Below the pieces are notes generated by a model. That model saw only the letters and a list, made by a program, of their open reading frames with translations, was not told the DNA's origin and did no database searches. From Heterodontus francisci (taxonomy: Eukaryota), in contig NC_090371.1 in assembly GCF_036365525.1 (NCBI RefSeq), forward strand, positions 36,315,387-36,379,386: a stretch of DNA of 64,000 nucleotides. The letters are read 5' to 3'. The translations under genes were made by a program, and so were the position numbers. Numbering within the stretch: the first letter of the stretch is position 1; every line of letters starts with the position of its first letter. Below, one piece after another: positions 50,773 through 63,231 of the stretch.

Positions 50773-52720
50773 CGTAATGTTAACTCTGCTTCTAATGTTT
50801 TAGGTTCCATTTTCTCACATAACAGTCACTGTAATTCAAAAGTGTGATTAATTGTATAGATCACGTTGAAATGTCCTGAAGTAATAATGTGCTCTTTAAA
50901 CATAAATATATTTTTCCATCTTGGAGGTGGTAGCCACTTTGAAAAGTCTGGCATCTGATGAGCTGATATCTGGCTTGAAAGGCCAAATATTGCTTATTGC
51001 AAAAATGATTACTTCATTGACATGTTGAAATCAACTTTGACACAATTTTCCACCTTAGATACATGAGTGGTCTCACTCGATGGGTTATTTCAACCCTGGG
51101 GCATGCATCTTGTTCAGAATAGCTCATCCATGGCACAGTAGGAGCTCAATTTAAACAGACTGTCCCTAGTGGCTAAGGACGACACTGAGGTTTAAACAAT
51201 AACAGCCACGACCTCTCTATAGTCACCTAACATATTTACTCGAGTTAGTGTTATGTAATGTTTTACACAGGCAGTAATACATTATGGTGATTTTTTTTGG
51301 TTGACTGCTCATTTTTACAAATAGTCTCATGTTAATATAAATCAGACTTTTTGGTGAACTGTCAAACTTTGGCTTTACAATTACTATCCTTAATTCAGTA
51401 AAATATCTATTTAGGATTGAGCACAGAAACGTCCGAATAATTATATTCAGCAAGTGTTGAATAATTGAATGCAGCATTTTAATTAGATATTCACCTGGTT
51501 TCTTGAGGCAACAGAAGATTTATTAAACGTTGCCCTCTTGTGCCTGTTTTCCAAATTCACTCCTATTTCCACATTAAACTCTATGCAAAGTGCATTGGGT
51601 TTTTAAGGTTAGCATATCGGCATATTTTTTGGTGATGAGTAATGTTACTTTTTGATCATGATAAATTCTAAATAATTTTTGTTTGTCTTTTTCATTCATT
51701 TTTCCACATCCATTTTCAGTTATAGTTGGTCCCATTTTCTCGAAATGACTTGCTATCTTGATATGAAATTGACAGAAAACATTCTGAAGGGTGTTGTGTA
51801 GTTTCCAGCATTGTTTTACAATATTTTGATCACTCGCTTTAATGAAGGAGCCAATCAATGTGCCAACATTCCCCAGAAAGCGAGTTTAGAAACAGGGAAA
51901 CCCTGCTAAAGAGCTTAGAAAATTTTACTGGATCAAAATTTTGTTAAATGTTTTATTACTCTTCTTCCTGCGTAAACCTTAAACTACCCTTTTACTGGAG
52001 TATTGAATGTAATTCTTCACTTAGTATGTCAATTGAATGAAATGCTACCACGCTTCATAGTAAAGGAATCATTTATGTAAAGAACTTTTCCCAAAGAACC
52101 CATTGAGGGCATGAAAGCAGAACTAGCTAATGTGAACCGGCAAATTAGGGTAAGTGATAGGTCAATAGGCAGACATTTAATAGGATATTTCAGAATACAC
52201 AGAATAGATACATTTCCACGAGAAAGAAAAATTCCAAGGGTGGGACCATCTGTGGTTAACTAAAACAGTTAAAGACAGTATCAAACTTAAAGAAAAATCC
52301 TATATTTGCGCTAAGATGGGAGGCAGGTCAGAAGATTGGACAGATTATAAAAAAACAGCAAAGAATGACTATTGATTGATAAGGAAGGTAAAATTAGAGT
52401 ACGAGAGAAAGCTAGCTAGAAATATAAAGACAGATAGTATGAGTTTCTATAGATATTTTTAAAAAGAAAAGAGGTAACAAAGTGAGCATTGGTTCTATAG
52501 AAAATGAGTCTGGGGAATTAATAATAGATAATAAGAAGATGGCAGATGAATTGAACAGATATTTTGCATCTGTCTTCACTATTGAGGATACAAGTAACAT
52601 CCCATTAGTAGCTGTAAGTCAGGAAATGGAAGGGAGGGAGGAATTCAAGAAAATTACAATCACCAGGGAAGTGGTACTGAACAAATTGTTGGAGTTGCGG
52701 GCTGACAAGTCCCCGGGTCC

Positions 52721-55700
52721 TTTTTTTTTTATTCATTCATGGGATGTGGGCGTCACTGGCTATGCCAGCATTTATTGCTCATCCCTAATTGCCCTTGAGA
52801 AGGTGGTGGTGAGCTGCCTTCTTGAACTGCTGCAGTCCATGTGAGGTAGGTACACCCACAGTGCTGTTAGGAAGGGAGTTCCAGGATTTTGACCCAACGA
52901 CAGTGAAGGAACGGCGATATAGTTCCAAGTCAGGATGGTGTGTGACTTGGACGGGAACTTGCAGGTGGTGATGTTCCCATGCATCTGCTGCTCTTGTCCT
53001 TCGAGGTGGTAGAGGTCGCGGGTTTGGAAGGTGCTGTCGAAGGAGCCTTGGTACATTGCTGCAGTGCATCTTGTAGATGGTACACACTGCTGCCACTGTG
53101 CGTCGGTGGTGGAGGGAGTGAATGTTTGTAGATGGGGTGCCAATCAAGCGAGATGCTTTGTTCTGGATGGTATCGAGCATCTTGAATGTTGTTGAAGCTG
53201 CACCCATCCAGGCAAGTGGAGAGTATTCCATCACACTCCTGACTTGTGCCTTGTCGATGGTGGACAGGCTTTGGGGAGTCAGGAGGTGAGTTACTTGCCA
53301 CAGGATTCCTAGCCTCTGACCTGCTCTTGTAGCCACGGTATTTATATGACTACTCCAGTTCAGTTTCTGGTCAATGGTAGCCCCTAGGATGTTGATAGTG
53401 GGGGATTCAGCGATGGTAATGCCATTGAAAGTCAAGGGGAGATGATTAGATTCTCTCTTGTTGGAGGTGGTCATTGCCTGGCACTTGTGCGGCACAAATG
53501 TTACTTGCCACCTATCAGCCCAAGCCTGGATATTCTCTAGGTCTTGCTGCATTTCTACATGGACTGCTTCAGTATTTGAGGAGTAGCGAATGGTGCTGAA
53601 CATTGTGCAATCATCAGCGAACATCCCCACTTCTGACATTATGATTGAAGGAAGGTCATTGATGAAGCAGCTGAAGATGGTTGGGCCTAGGACACTACCC
53701 TGAGGAACTCCTGCAGTGATGTCCTGGAGCTCAGATGATTGACCTCCAACAACTACAGTCATCTTCCTTTGCGCTAGGTATGACTCCAACCAACAGAGAG
53801 TTTTCCCCCTGATTCCCATTGACCTCAGTTTTGCTGGGGCCCCTTGGTGCCATACTTGGTCAAATGCTGCCTGGATGTCTAGTGCAGTCACTCTCACCTC
53901 ACCTCTTGAGTTCAGTTCTTTTGTCCATGTTTGAACCAAGACTGTAATGAGGTCAGGAGCTGAGTGGCCCTGGCGGAACCCAAACTGAGCATCACTGAGC
54001 AGGTTATTGTTAAGCAAGTGCCGCTTGATAGCACTGTCGATGACACCTTCCATCACTTTACTGATGATTGAGAGTAGACTGATGGGGCGGTAATTGGCCG
54101 TGTTGGACTTGTCCTGCTTTTTGTATACAGGACATACCTGGGCAATTTCCACATTGCAGGGTAGATGCCAGTGTTGTCGCTGTACTGGAACAGCTTGGCT
54201 AGGGGCGCAGCAAGTTCTGGAGCACAGGTCTTCAGTACTATTGCTAGAATATTGTCAGGACCCATAGCCTTTGCAGTATCCAGTGCCTTCAGTCGTTTCT
54301 TGATATCACGTGGAGTGAATCGAATTGGCTGAAGTCCAGCATCTGTGATGCTGGGGACTTCAGAAGGGGGCTGAGATGAATCATCAACTCGGCACTTCTG
54401 GCTGAAGATTGTTGCAAATGCTTCTGCCTTATCTTTCGCACTAATTTGCTGGGCTCCCCCATCATTGAGGATGGGGATATTTGTGGAGCCACCTCCTCCA
54501 GTTAGTTGTTTAATTGTCCACCACCATTCACGACTGGATGTGGCAGGACTGCAGAGCTTAGATCTGATCCGTTGGTTATGGGATCGCTTAGCTCTGTCGA
54601 TTGCATGCTGCTTATGCAGTTTGGCACACAGATAGTCCTGGGTTGTACCTTCACTGGGTTGACACCTCATTTTGAGGTATGCCTGGTGCTGCTCCTGGCA
54701 TGCCCTCCTGCATTCTTCACTGAACCAGGGTTGGTCTCCTGGCTTGATGGTAATGGTCGAGTGGGGAATATGCCAGGCCATGAGGTTACAGATTGTGGTT
54801 GAGTACAATTCTGCTGCTGCTGATGGCCCACAGCGCCTCATGGATGCCCAATTTTGCATTGCTAGATCTGTTCGTAATCTATCCCATTTAGCACAGTGAT
54901 AGTGCCACACAACACGATGGACGGTATCCTCAATGTGAAGGCGGGACTTCGTTTCCACAAGGACTGTGCGGTGGTCACTCCTACCAATACAGTCATGGAC
55001 AGAAGCATCTGCGGCAGGCAGATTGGTGAGGACAAGGTCAAGTATGTTTTTCCCTCGTGTTGGTTCCCCCACCACCTGCCGCAGACCCAGTCTAGCAGCT
55101 ACGTCCTTTATTACTTGGCCAGCTCGGTCAGTAGCGGTGCTACCGAGATACTCTTGGTGATGGACATTGAAGTCCCTCACCCAGAGTACATTTTGTGCCC
55201 TTGCCACCCTCAGTGCATCCTCCAAGTGGTGTTCAACATGGAGGAGTACTGACTCATCAGCTGAGGGAGGGCGGTAGGTGGTAATCAGTAGGAGGTTACC
55301 TTGCCCATGTTTGACCTGATGCCATGAGACTTCATGGGGTCCGGAGTCGATGTTGAGGACTCCCAGGGCAACTCCCTCCCTCCTGTAGACCACTGTCCCG
55401 CCACCTTTACTGGGTCTGTCCTGCCGGTGGGACAGAACATACCCAGGGATAGTGATTGCAGTGTCTGGGACATTGTCTGTCAGGTACGATTCCGTGAGTA
55501 TGACTATGTCAGGCTGTTGCTTGACTAGTCTGTGGGACAGCTCTCCCAACTTTGGCACAAGCCTCCAGATGTTAGTGAGGAGGACTTTGCAGGGTCGACA
55601 GGGCTGGGTTTGCCGTTGTCGTTTCCAGTGCCTAGGTCGATGCCGGGTGGTCCATCCAGTTTCATTCCTTTTCATTGACTTCATAGAGGTTATGTACAAC

Positions 55701-56016
55701 TGAGTGGCTTGCTAGGCCATTTCAGAGGGCATGTAAGAGTTAACCACATTGCTGTGGGTCTGGAGTCACATGTAGGCCAGACCAGGTAAGGACAGCAGAT
55801 TTCCTTCCCTGAAGGACATTAGTGAACTAGATGGGTTTTTACAACAATCAACAATGGTTTCATGGCCATCATTAGACTAGCTTTTAATTCCAGATTTATT
55901 AATTAAATTCAAATTCCACCTTCTGCTGTGGTGGGATTCTGACCCCTGTCTCCAGATCAATACCCTGGGTCTCTGGGTTACTGGTCCAGTGATAATACCA
56001 CTACGCCACCGCCTCC
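52721..56016 (-). mobile_element. Single-ORF APE-RT LINE (CR1/L2 group) with a tRNA-like 5' head; one frameshift near 54150
   Basis: ORF 54053..55699 (LTES, DFNVHH, SDH endonuclease) and ORF 52785..54152 (PQGSVLGP, FADD); no ORF1; polyA/(tgaa)n tail. Confidence 0.9.
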
Positions 56017-56965
56017 TGATGGACTTCATCCTAGGGTGTTAAAAGAAGTGGCTAGTGAGATAGTTGATGCATTAGTTTTAATTTTCCAAAATTCTCTAGA
56101 TTCGGGGAAGGTTCCATTAGATTGGAAAATAGCAAGTGTTACTCCTTTATTCAAAAAGGGAGGGAGACAGAAAGCAGGAAACTACAGGCCAGTTAGCTTA
56201 ACATCTGTCTTAGGGAAAATGTTAGAAGCTATTATCAAAGATGTTAAAGCAGGGCATTTAGAAAAATGCAAGGTAATCAGGCAGAGTCAACATGGTTTTG
56301 CGAAAGAGAAATCATGTTTAACCAATTTATTGGAGATCTTTGAGGGAGTTACATGTGCTGTGGATAAAGGGGATGTCTTGTACTTAGATTTCCAAAAGGC
56401 ATTTGATAAGGTGCCACATCAAAGGTTATTGCAGAAAATAAAAGCTCAGGGTGTATGTGGTAACATATTGGCATGGATAGAAGATTGGCAGCTAACAGGA
56501 AACAGAGAGTAGGCATAAACGGGTCATTTTCTGGTAGGCAAGATGTAACGAGTGGTGTGTCACAGGGACCTGTGCTGGAGCCTCAACTTTTTGCAATTTA
56601 TGTAAATGACTTAGATGAAGGGACCGAAGGTATGGTTGCTAAATTTGCTGATGACACAAAGATAGGTAAGAAAGTAACTTATGAAGAGGACATAAGGGGG
56701 CTACAAAGGGATATAGGTAGGTTAATTGAGTGGACAAAGACCTGGCAAATGGAGTATAATGTGGAAAATTGTGAAACTGTCCACTTTGGCAGGAAGAATA
56801 AAAAAGAAGCATATTATCTAAATGGTGAGAGATTGCATAGCTCTGAGATGCAGAGGGATCTGGGTGCCCTAGTGCATGAATTGTGAAAGGTTAGTATGTA
56901 GGTACAGCACGTAATTAGGAAAGCTAATAGAATGTTATCGTTTATAGCGAGGGGAATTGAATACA

Positions 56966-59900
56966 AAGAACAAAGAACAAAGAACAAAGAAAATTACAGA
57001 ACAGGAACAGGCCCTTCGGCCCTCCAAGCCTGCGCCGATCCAGATCCTCTATCTAAACCTGTCGCCTATTTTCTAAGGGTCTGTATCTCTTTGCTTCCTG
57101 CCCATTCATGTATCTGTCTAGATACATCTTAAAAGACGCTATCGTGCCCGCGTCTACCACCTCCGCTGGCAACGCGTTCCAGGCACCCACCACCCTCTGC
57201 GTAAAGAACTTTCCATGCATATCCCCCCTAAACTTTTCCCCTCTCACTTTGAACTCGTGACCCCTAGTAATTGAATCCCCCACTCTGGGAAAAAGCCTCT
57301 TGCTATCCACCCTGTCTATACCTCTCATGATTTTGTACACCTCAATCAGGTCCCCCCTCAACCTCCGTCTTTCTAATGAAAATAATCCTAATCTACTCAA
57401 CCTCTCTTCATAGCTAGCGCCCTCCATACCAGGCAACATCCTGGTGAACCTCCTCTGCACCCTCTCCAAAGCATCTACATCCTTTTGGTAATGTGGCGAC
57501 CAGAACTGCACGCAGTATTCCAAATGTGGCCGAACCAAAGTCTGATACAACTGTAACATGACCTGCCAACCCTTGTACTCAATACCCCGTCCGATGAAGG
57601 AAAGCATGGCGTATGCCTTCTTGACCACTCTATTGACCTGTGGCAACCTTCAGGGAACAATGGACCTGAACACCCAAATCTCTCTGTACATCAATTTTCC
57701 CCAGCACTTTTCCATTTACTGTATAGTTCACTCTTGAATTGGATCTTCCAAAATACATCACCTCGCATTTGCCCTGATTGAACTCCAGCTGCCATTTCTC
57801 TGCCCAACTCTCCAATCTATCTATATTCTTCTGTATTCTCTGACAGTCCCCTTCACTATCTGCTACTCCACCAATCTTAGTGTCATCTGCAAACTTGCTA
57901 ATCAGACCACCTATACTTTCCTCCAAATCATTTATGTATATCACAAACAACAGTGGTCCCAGCACAGATCCCTGTGGAACACCACTGGTCACACTTCTCC
58001 ATTTTGAGAAACTCCCTTCCACTGCTACTCTCTGTCTCCTGTTGCCCAGCCAGTTCTTTATCCATCTAGCTAGTACACCCTGGATCCCATGCAACTTCAC
58101 TTTCTCCATCAGCCTACCATGGGGAACCTTATCAAACGCCTTACTGAAGTCCATGTATATGACATCTACAGCCTTCCCTCATCAATCAACTTTGTCACTT
58201 CCTCAAAGAATTCTATTAAGTTGGTAAGACATGACCTTCCCTGCACAAAACCATGTTGCCTATCACTGATAAGCCCATTTTCTTCCAAATGGGAATAGAT
58301 CCTATCCCTCAGTATCTTCTCCAGCAGCTTCCCTACCACTGACGTCAGGCTCACCGGTCTATAATTACCTGGATTATCCCTGCTACCCTTCTTAAACAAG
58401 AGGACAACATTAGCAATTCTCCAGTCCTCCGGGACCTCACCCGTGTTTAAGGATGCTGCAAAGATATCTGTTAAGGCCCCAGCTATTTCCTCTCTCGCTT
58501 CCCTCAGTAATAAATAGATCCCATCCGGACCTGGGGACTTGTCCACCTTAATGCCTTTTGGAATACCCAACACTTCCTCCCTCCTTATGCCGACTTGACC
58601 TGGAGTGAGCAAACATCTATCCCTAACCTCAACATCCTTCATGTCCCTCTCCTCGGTGAATACCGATGCAAAGTACTCGTTTAGAATCTCACCCATTTTC
58701 TCTGACTCCACACATAATTTTCCTCCTTTGTCCTTGAGTGGGCCAATCCTTTCTCAAGTTACCCTCTTGCTCCTTATATATGAATAAAAGGCTTTGAGAT
58801 TTTCCTTAACCCTGTTTGCTAAAGATATTTCATGACCCCTTTTAGCCCTCTTAATTCCTCGTTTCAGATTGGTCCTACATTCCCGATATTCTTCCAAAGC
58901 TTCGTCTTTCTTCAGCCTCCTAGACCTTATGTATGCTTCCTTTTTCCTCTTAGCTAGTTTCACAATTTCACCTGTCATCCATGGTTCCCTAATCTTGCCA
59001 TTTCTATCCCTCATTTTCACAGGAACATGTCTCTCCTGCACGCTAATCAACCTCTCTTTAAAAGCCTCCCACATATCAAATGTGGATTTATCTTCAAACA
59101 GCTGCTCCCAATCTACATTCCCCAGCTCCTGCCGAATTTTGGTATAGTTGGCCTTCCCCCAATTTAGCACTCTTCCTTTCGGACCACTCTCGTCTTTGTC
59201 CATGAGTATTCTAAAACTTACGGAATTGTGATCACTATTCCCAAAGTAGTCCCCTACTGAAACTTCAACCACCTGGCCGGGCTCATTCCCCAACACCAGG
59301 TCCAGTATGGCCCCTTCCCGAGTTGGACTATTTACATACTGCTCTAGAAAACCCTCCTGGATGCTCCTTACAAATTCTGCTCCATCTAGACCTCTAACAC
59401 TAAGTGAATCCCAGTCAATGTTGGGAAAATTAAAATCTCCTATCACCACCACCCTGTTGCTCCTACATCTTTCCATAATCTGTTTACATATTTGTACCTC
59501 TATTTCACACTCGCTGTTGGGAGGCCTGTAGTACAGCCCCAACATTGTTACCGCACCCTTCCTATTTCTGAGTTCTGCCCATATTGCCTCACTGCTCGAG
59601 TCCTCCATAGTGCCCTCCTTCAGCACAGCTGTGATATCCTCTTTGACCAGTAATGCAACTCCTCCACCCCTTTTACCTCCCTCTCTATCCCGCCTGAAGC
59701 ATCGATATCCTGGGATATTTAGTTGCCAATCGTGCCCTTCACTCAACCAAGTCTCAGTAATAGCAATAACATCATACTCCCAGGTACTAATCCAAGCCCT
59801 AAGTTCATCTGCCTTACCTACTGCACTTCTTGCATTAAAACAAATGCACCTCAGACCACCAGGCCCTTTGCGTTCATCATCTGCTCCCTGCCTACTTTTC

Positions 59901-60283
59901 CCCTTAGTCACACTGACTTCATTATCTAGTTCCTCACAGGCTTTCGTTACTACCTCCTTACTGTCCACTGACCTCCTCATTTGGTTCCCATCCCCCTGCC
60001 ACATTAGTTTAAACCCTCCCCAACAGCGTTAGCAAAAGCATCCCCAAGGAAATTGGTTCCAGTCCGGCCCAGGTGTAGACCGTCCAATTTGTAATAGTCC
60101 CACCTCCCCCAGAACCGGTCCCAATGTCCCAAAAATCTGAGCCCCTCCCTCCTGCACCATCTCTCAAGCCACGCATTCAGCCTGACTATTCTTTCATTTC
60201 TACTCTGACTATCCCGTGGCACTGGTAGCAATCCTGAGATTACTATCTCTGAGGTCCTACTTTTTAACTTGGCTCCTAACTCC
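56966..60283 (-). mobile_element. Young CR1 LINE (ORF1 end, ORF2, 3' tail), same family as 4056-7902
   Basis: ORFs 58754..60004, 58166..58711, 57630..58154 and 57053..57646 are nearly identical in protein sequence to the 5470-7902 ORF2 where they overlap. Confidence 0.95.
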
Positions 60284-61426
60284 CATAAGTAAGGAGGTTA
60301 TTCTTCAGCTATACAGGTCATTGGTGAGACCACATCTGGAGTACTGTGTACAGTATTGGTCTCCTTATTTAAGGAAGGATGTAAATGCTTTGGAGGCCGT
60401 ACAGAGAAGGTTTACTGGACTAATACCTGGAATGGGCGGGCTGTCTTATGAGGAAAGATTGGACAGGCTAGGCTTGTATCTGCTGGAATTTAGAAGAGTA
60501 AGAGGTGACTTGATTGAAACATATAAGATCCTGAGAGGTCTTGACAGGATGGATGTGGAAAGGATGTTTCTCCTTGTGGGAGAATCTAGAACTAGGGGTC
60601 ACTGTTTAAAAATAAGGGATCGCCCATTTAAGACAGAGATGAGGAGAAATTTTTTCTCTCTGACGGTCGTGAGTCTTTGGAATTCTCTTCCTCAAAAGGT
60701 GGTGGAAGCAGAATCTTTGAATATTTTTAAGGCAGAGGTGGATAGATTCTTGATAAGCAAGGGGGTGGAAGGTTATCGGGGGGTAGGTGGAAATGTGGAG
60801 TAATCAGTTCAGCCCTGAACGTATTGAATGGCGGAGCTTGCTCGAAGGGCCGAGTGGCCTACTCCTGCTCCTAATTGGTATGTTTGTATATTTGTATGTT
60901 GATTTCACTATCACATGCATGAATATTTGAAACAATAAAATATTCTATGAAATGAAAAATATTTTGACTAATACAGGAACTGGAAAACATTACTTTTGAG
61001 AATTCCTCTCCGTAAAAAAGTAAGTGCTATCGAGATATAATTACTCAGACTGAAACCAATCAGGTTACAATTACAAACCACATGTACTACTCATTGAATT
61101 CTCTGTTTCCAAACTCTCTCGGTTTGGATATTGGAAATGACATTTTCTCATTACTGCGAAGAAGATTACCAAGACTGCATTTCTGGTTTGTAAAGGCAGA
61201 TAAATGACGCAGTAAAGGATAGTGTTTAACTATGTTCTCAGGGTATTCCAAATCACTTTGCAATCAACAAATTACTTTTGACATGGTCAGTGGGTCAGAT
61301 TGGTACTACCTAGGTCAACTCTAATACCTACAGTACAGGCAAGGCATCAACATAATAATATCATAGCCTGATATTTTTCAAATTAACAGAATCCGGAAAA
61401 AGAATTGTATTATGCATTCTCTTCAG

Positions 61427-61454
61427 GACCATAAACAACAACGAACCAGCCTAG
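61427..61454 (+). CDS. Candidate last exon of the second CD8 cassette (RTINNNEPA*)
   Basis: cattctcttcag| acceptor, phase-2 compatible; the frame continues **PRY*, placing RY at the same offset as in CD8A exon 6; 14.6 kb from the previous exon. Confidence 0.4.
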
Positions 61455-61689
61455 TGACCAAGATACTAGACTGACATTTGTGTGTCCTTATTCTCAAGCT
61501 TGGGGATGGTGTAGGACAGGTGTTAGCTCTGAAACTGTCAATAGCTCAAGGGAAATTCCAGATTTCCTGGAAATTTTTCTCAACATTTCAGCTCATGCAC
61601 TGTGATGTTGAAACATATACCCTAACATTACAGTAATAGACCTACTCATTGAAATTAAACACTTCCTAAAATTAGCTTTCGGACTTCAT

Positions 61690-62663
61690 TTATATACAGA
61701 TATTGTCCAATTCTCTTTTGAAAGCCTTGATTGAATCTGCCTCCACCACACTCTCAGGCAATGCATTCCAGATCCTTACCACTCGCTGTGTAAAAAAGAT
61801 TTTCCCCTCATGTCACTATTGCTTCTTTTGCCAATCACTTTAAATCAGTGTCCCCTGATTCTCAACCCTTCCGCCAATGGGAACTGTTTCTATCTACTCT
61901 GTTTCGACCCCTCATTATTTTGAACACCTCTATCAAATCTCCTCTCCATCCTCCCTTCTCTAAGGAGAACAGCCCCAGCTTCTCCCAATTATCCATGTAA
62001 CTGAAGTTCCTCATCCCTGGTACCATTGTTGCAAATCTTTCCTGCACCCTCGCTAATATCTTCACATATTTCCTAAAGTGTGGTGCCCTGAATTGGACAC
62101 AATACTCCAGTTGAGGCCGAACCAGTGTTTTATAAATGTTCACCATAAGTTCCTTGTTTTTGTACTCTATGCCCCTATCAATAAAGTCCAGGAACCCATA
62201 TGCTTTATTTAGCGATTTTACAACCTGCCCTGCCACCTCCAATAATTCATGCACATGTACCCGCAGGTCTCTCTGCTCCTGCACCAACTTTAGAATTGTA
62301 TCTTTTATTTTATATTGCCTCTCCTCATTCTTCCTACCAAAATGAATCATGTCAGACCTCTCTGCATTAAATTTCATCTGCCACATGTCTGCCCACTCAC
62401 CAACCTGTCTATGCCCTGCTGAAGTCTATCACTATCCCCCTCACAGTTCACAATACTTTCAAGTTTGTGTCATCCGCAAATTTTGACGTTGTGCCCTGTA
62501 CACCCAAGTCTAGGTCATTAATATGGATCAAGAAAAGCAGTGATCCTAACACTTACCCCTGGGAAAACCCCACAGGATACCTCCAGTCCAAAACACAACC
62601 TTTCACCACTACTCTCCAATTCCTGTCACTCAACCAACTTCGTATCCATGCTGTCACTGTCCT
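61690..62663 (-). mobile_element. CR1 LINE 3' portion
   Basis: ORF 61862..62386 -: WQMKFN...RPQLEYCVQF. Confidence 0.88.
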
Positions 62664-62997
62664 ATTTATTTATTGATACAGCACTGAAACAGGCCCTTCG
62701 GCCCACCGAGTCTGTGCTGACCATCAACCACTCATTTATACTAATCCCGTATTCCTACCACATCCCCACCTTCCCTATGTTCTCCTACCACCTACCTATA
62801 CTAGGGGCAATTTATAATGGCCAATGTACCTATCAACCTGCAAGTCTTTGGCTGTGGGAGGAAACCGGAGCACCTGGCAAAAACCCACACGGTCACAGGA
62901 AGAACTTGCAAACTCTGCACAGGCAGTACCCAGAATTGAATCTGGGTTGCTGGAGTTGTGAGGCTGCAGTGCTAACCACTGCAACACTGTGCCACCC
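62664..62997 (-). mobile_element. HE1-type V-SINE
   Basis: tRNA head, V-domain, CR1-like tail. Confidence 0.88.
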
Positions 62998-63231
62998 TGT
63001 CTGTAATCTCTTCCATACTCAAAGCCCTCAGATTGTGCTCCAATAATTCTGGCCTCTTAAGCATCCTTGATTTTATTTGCTCCACCATTGGTGACTGTGC
63101 CTTCAGTTGCCAAGTCCCTAAGCTCTGAAATTCCCTCCCTATACCTCTCTGCTTCTCTACCTCTCTTTCATCCTTTAAGATGCTTCTCAAAACCTACCAC
63201 TTTGTCCAAGCTTATGGTCATCTGCCCTAAC

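Larger units (their letters stand above)
52080..60900 (+). mobile_element. Older CR1 LINE in three pieces (about 52080-52720, 56017-56965, 60284-60900) hosting two nested LINEs
   Basis: DKSPGP|DGLHPRVLKE and GIEYK|SKEVILQLY are continuous across the two insertions. Confidence 0.9.

Noticed and set aside
165-60032. Many 60-190 aa ORFs antisense to or out of frame with LINE ORFs (e.g. 165..725, 7179..7598, 57880..58227)
   Set aside because: Shadow ORFs that recur only because the repeats recur
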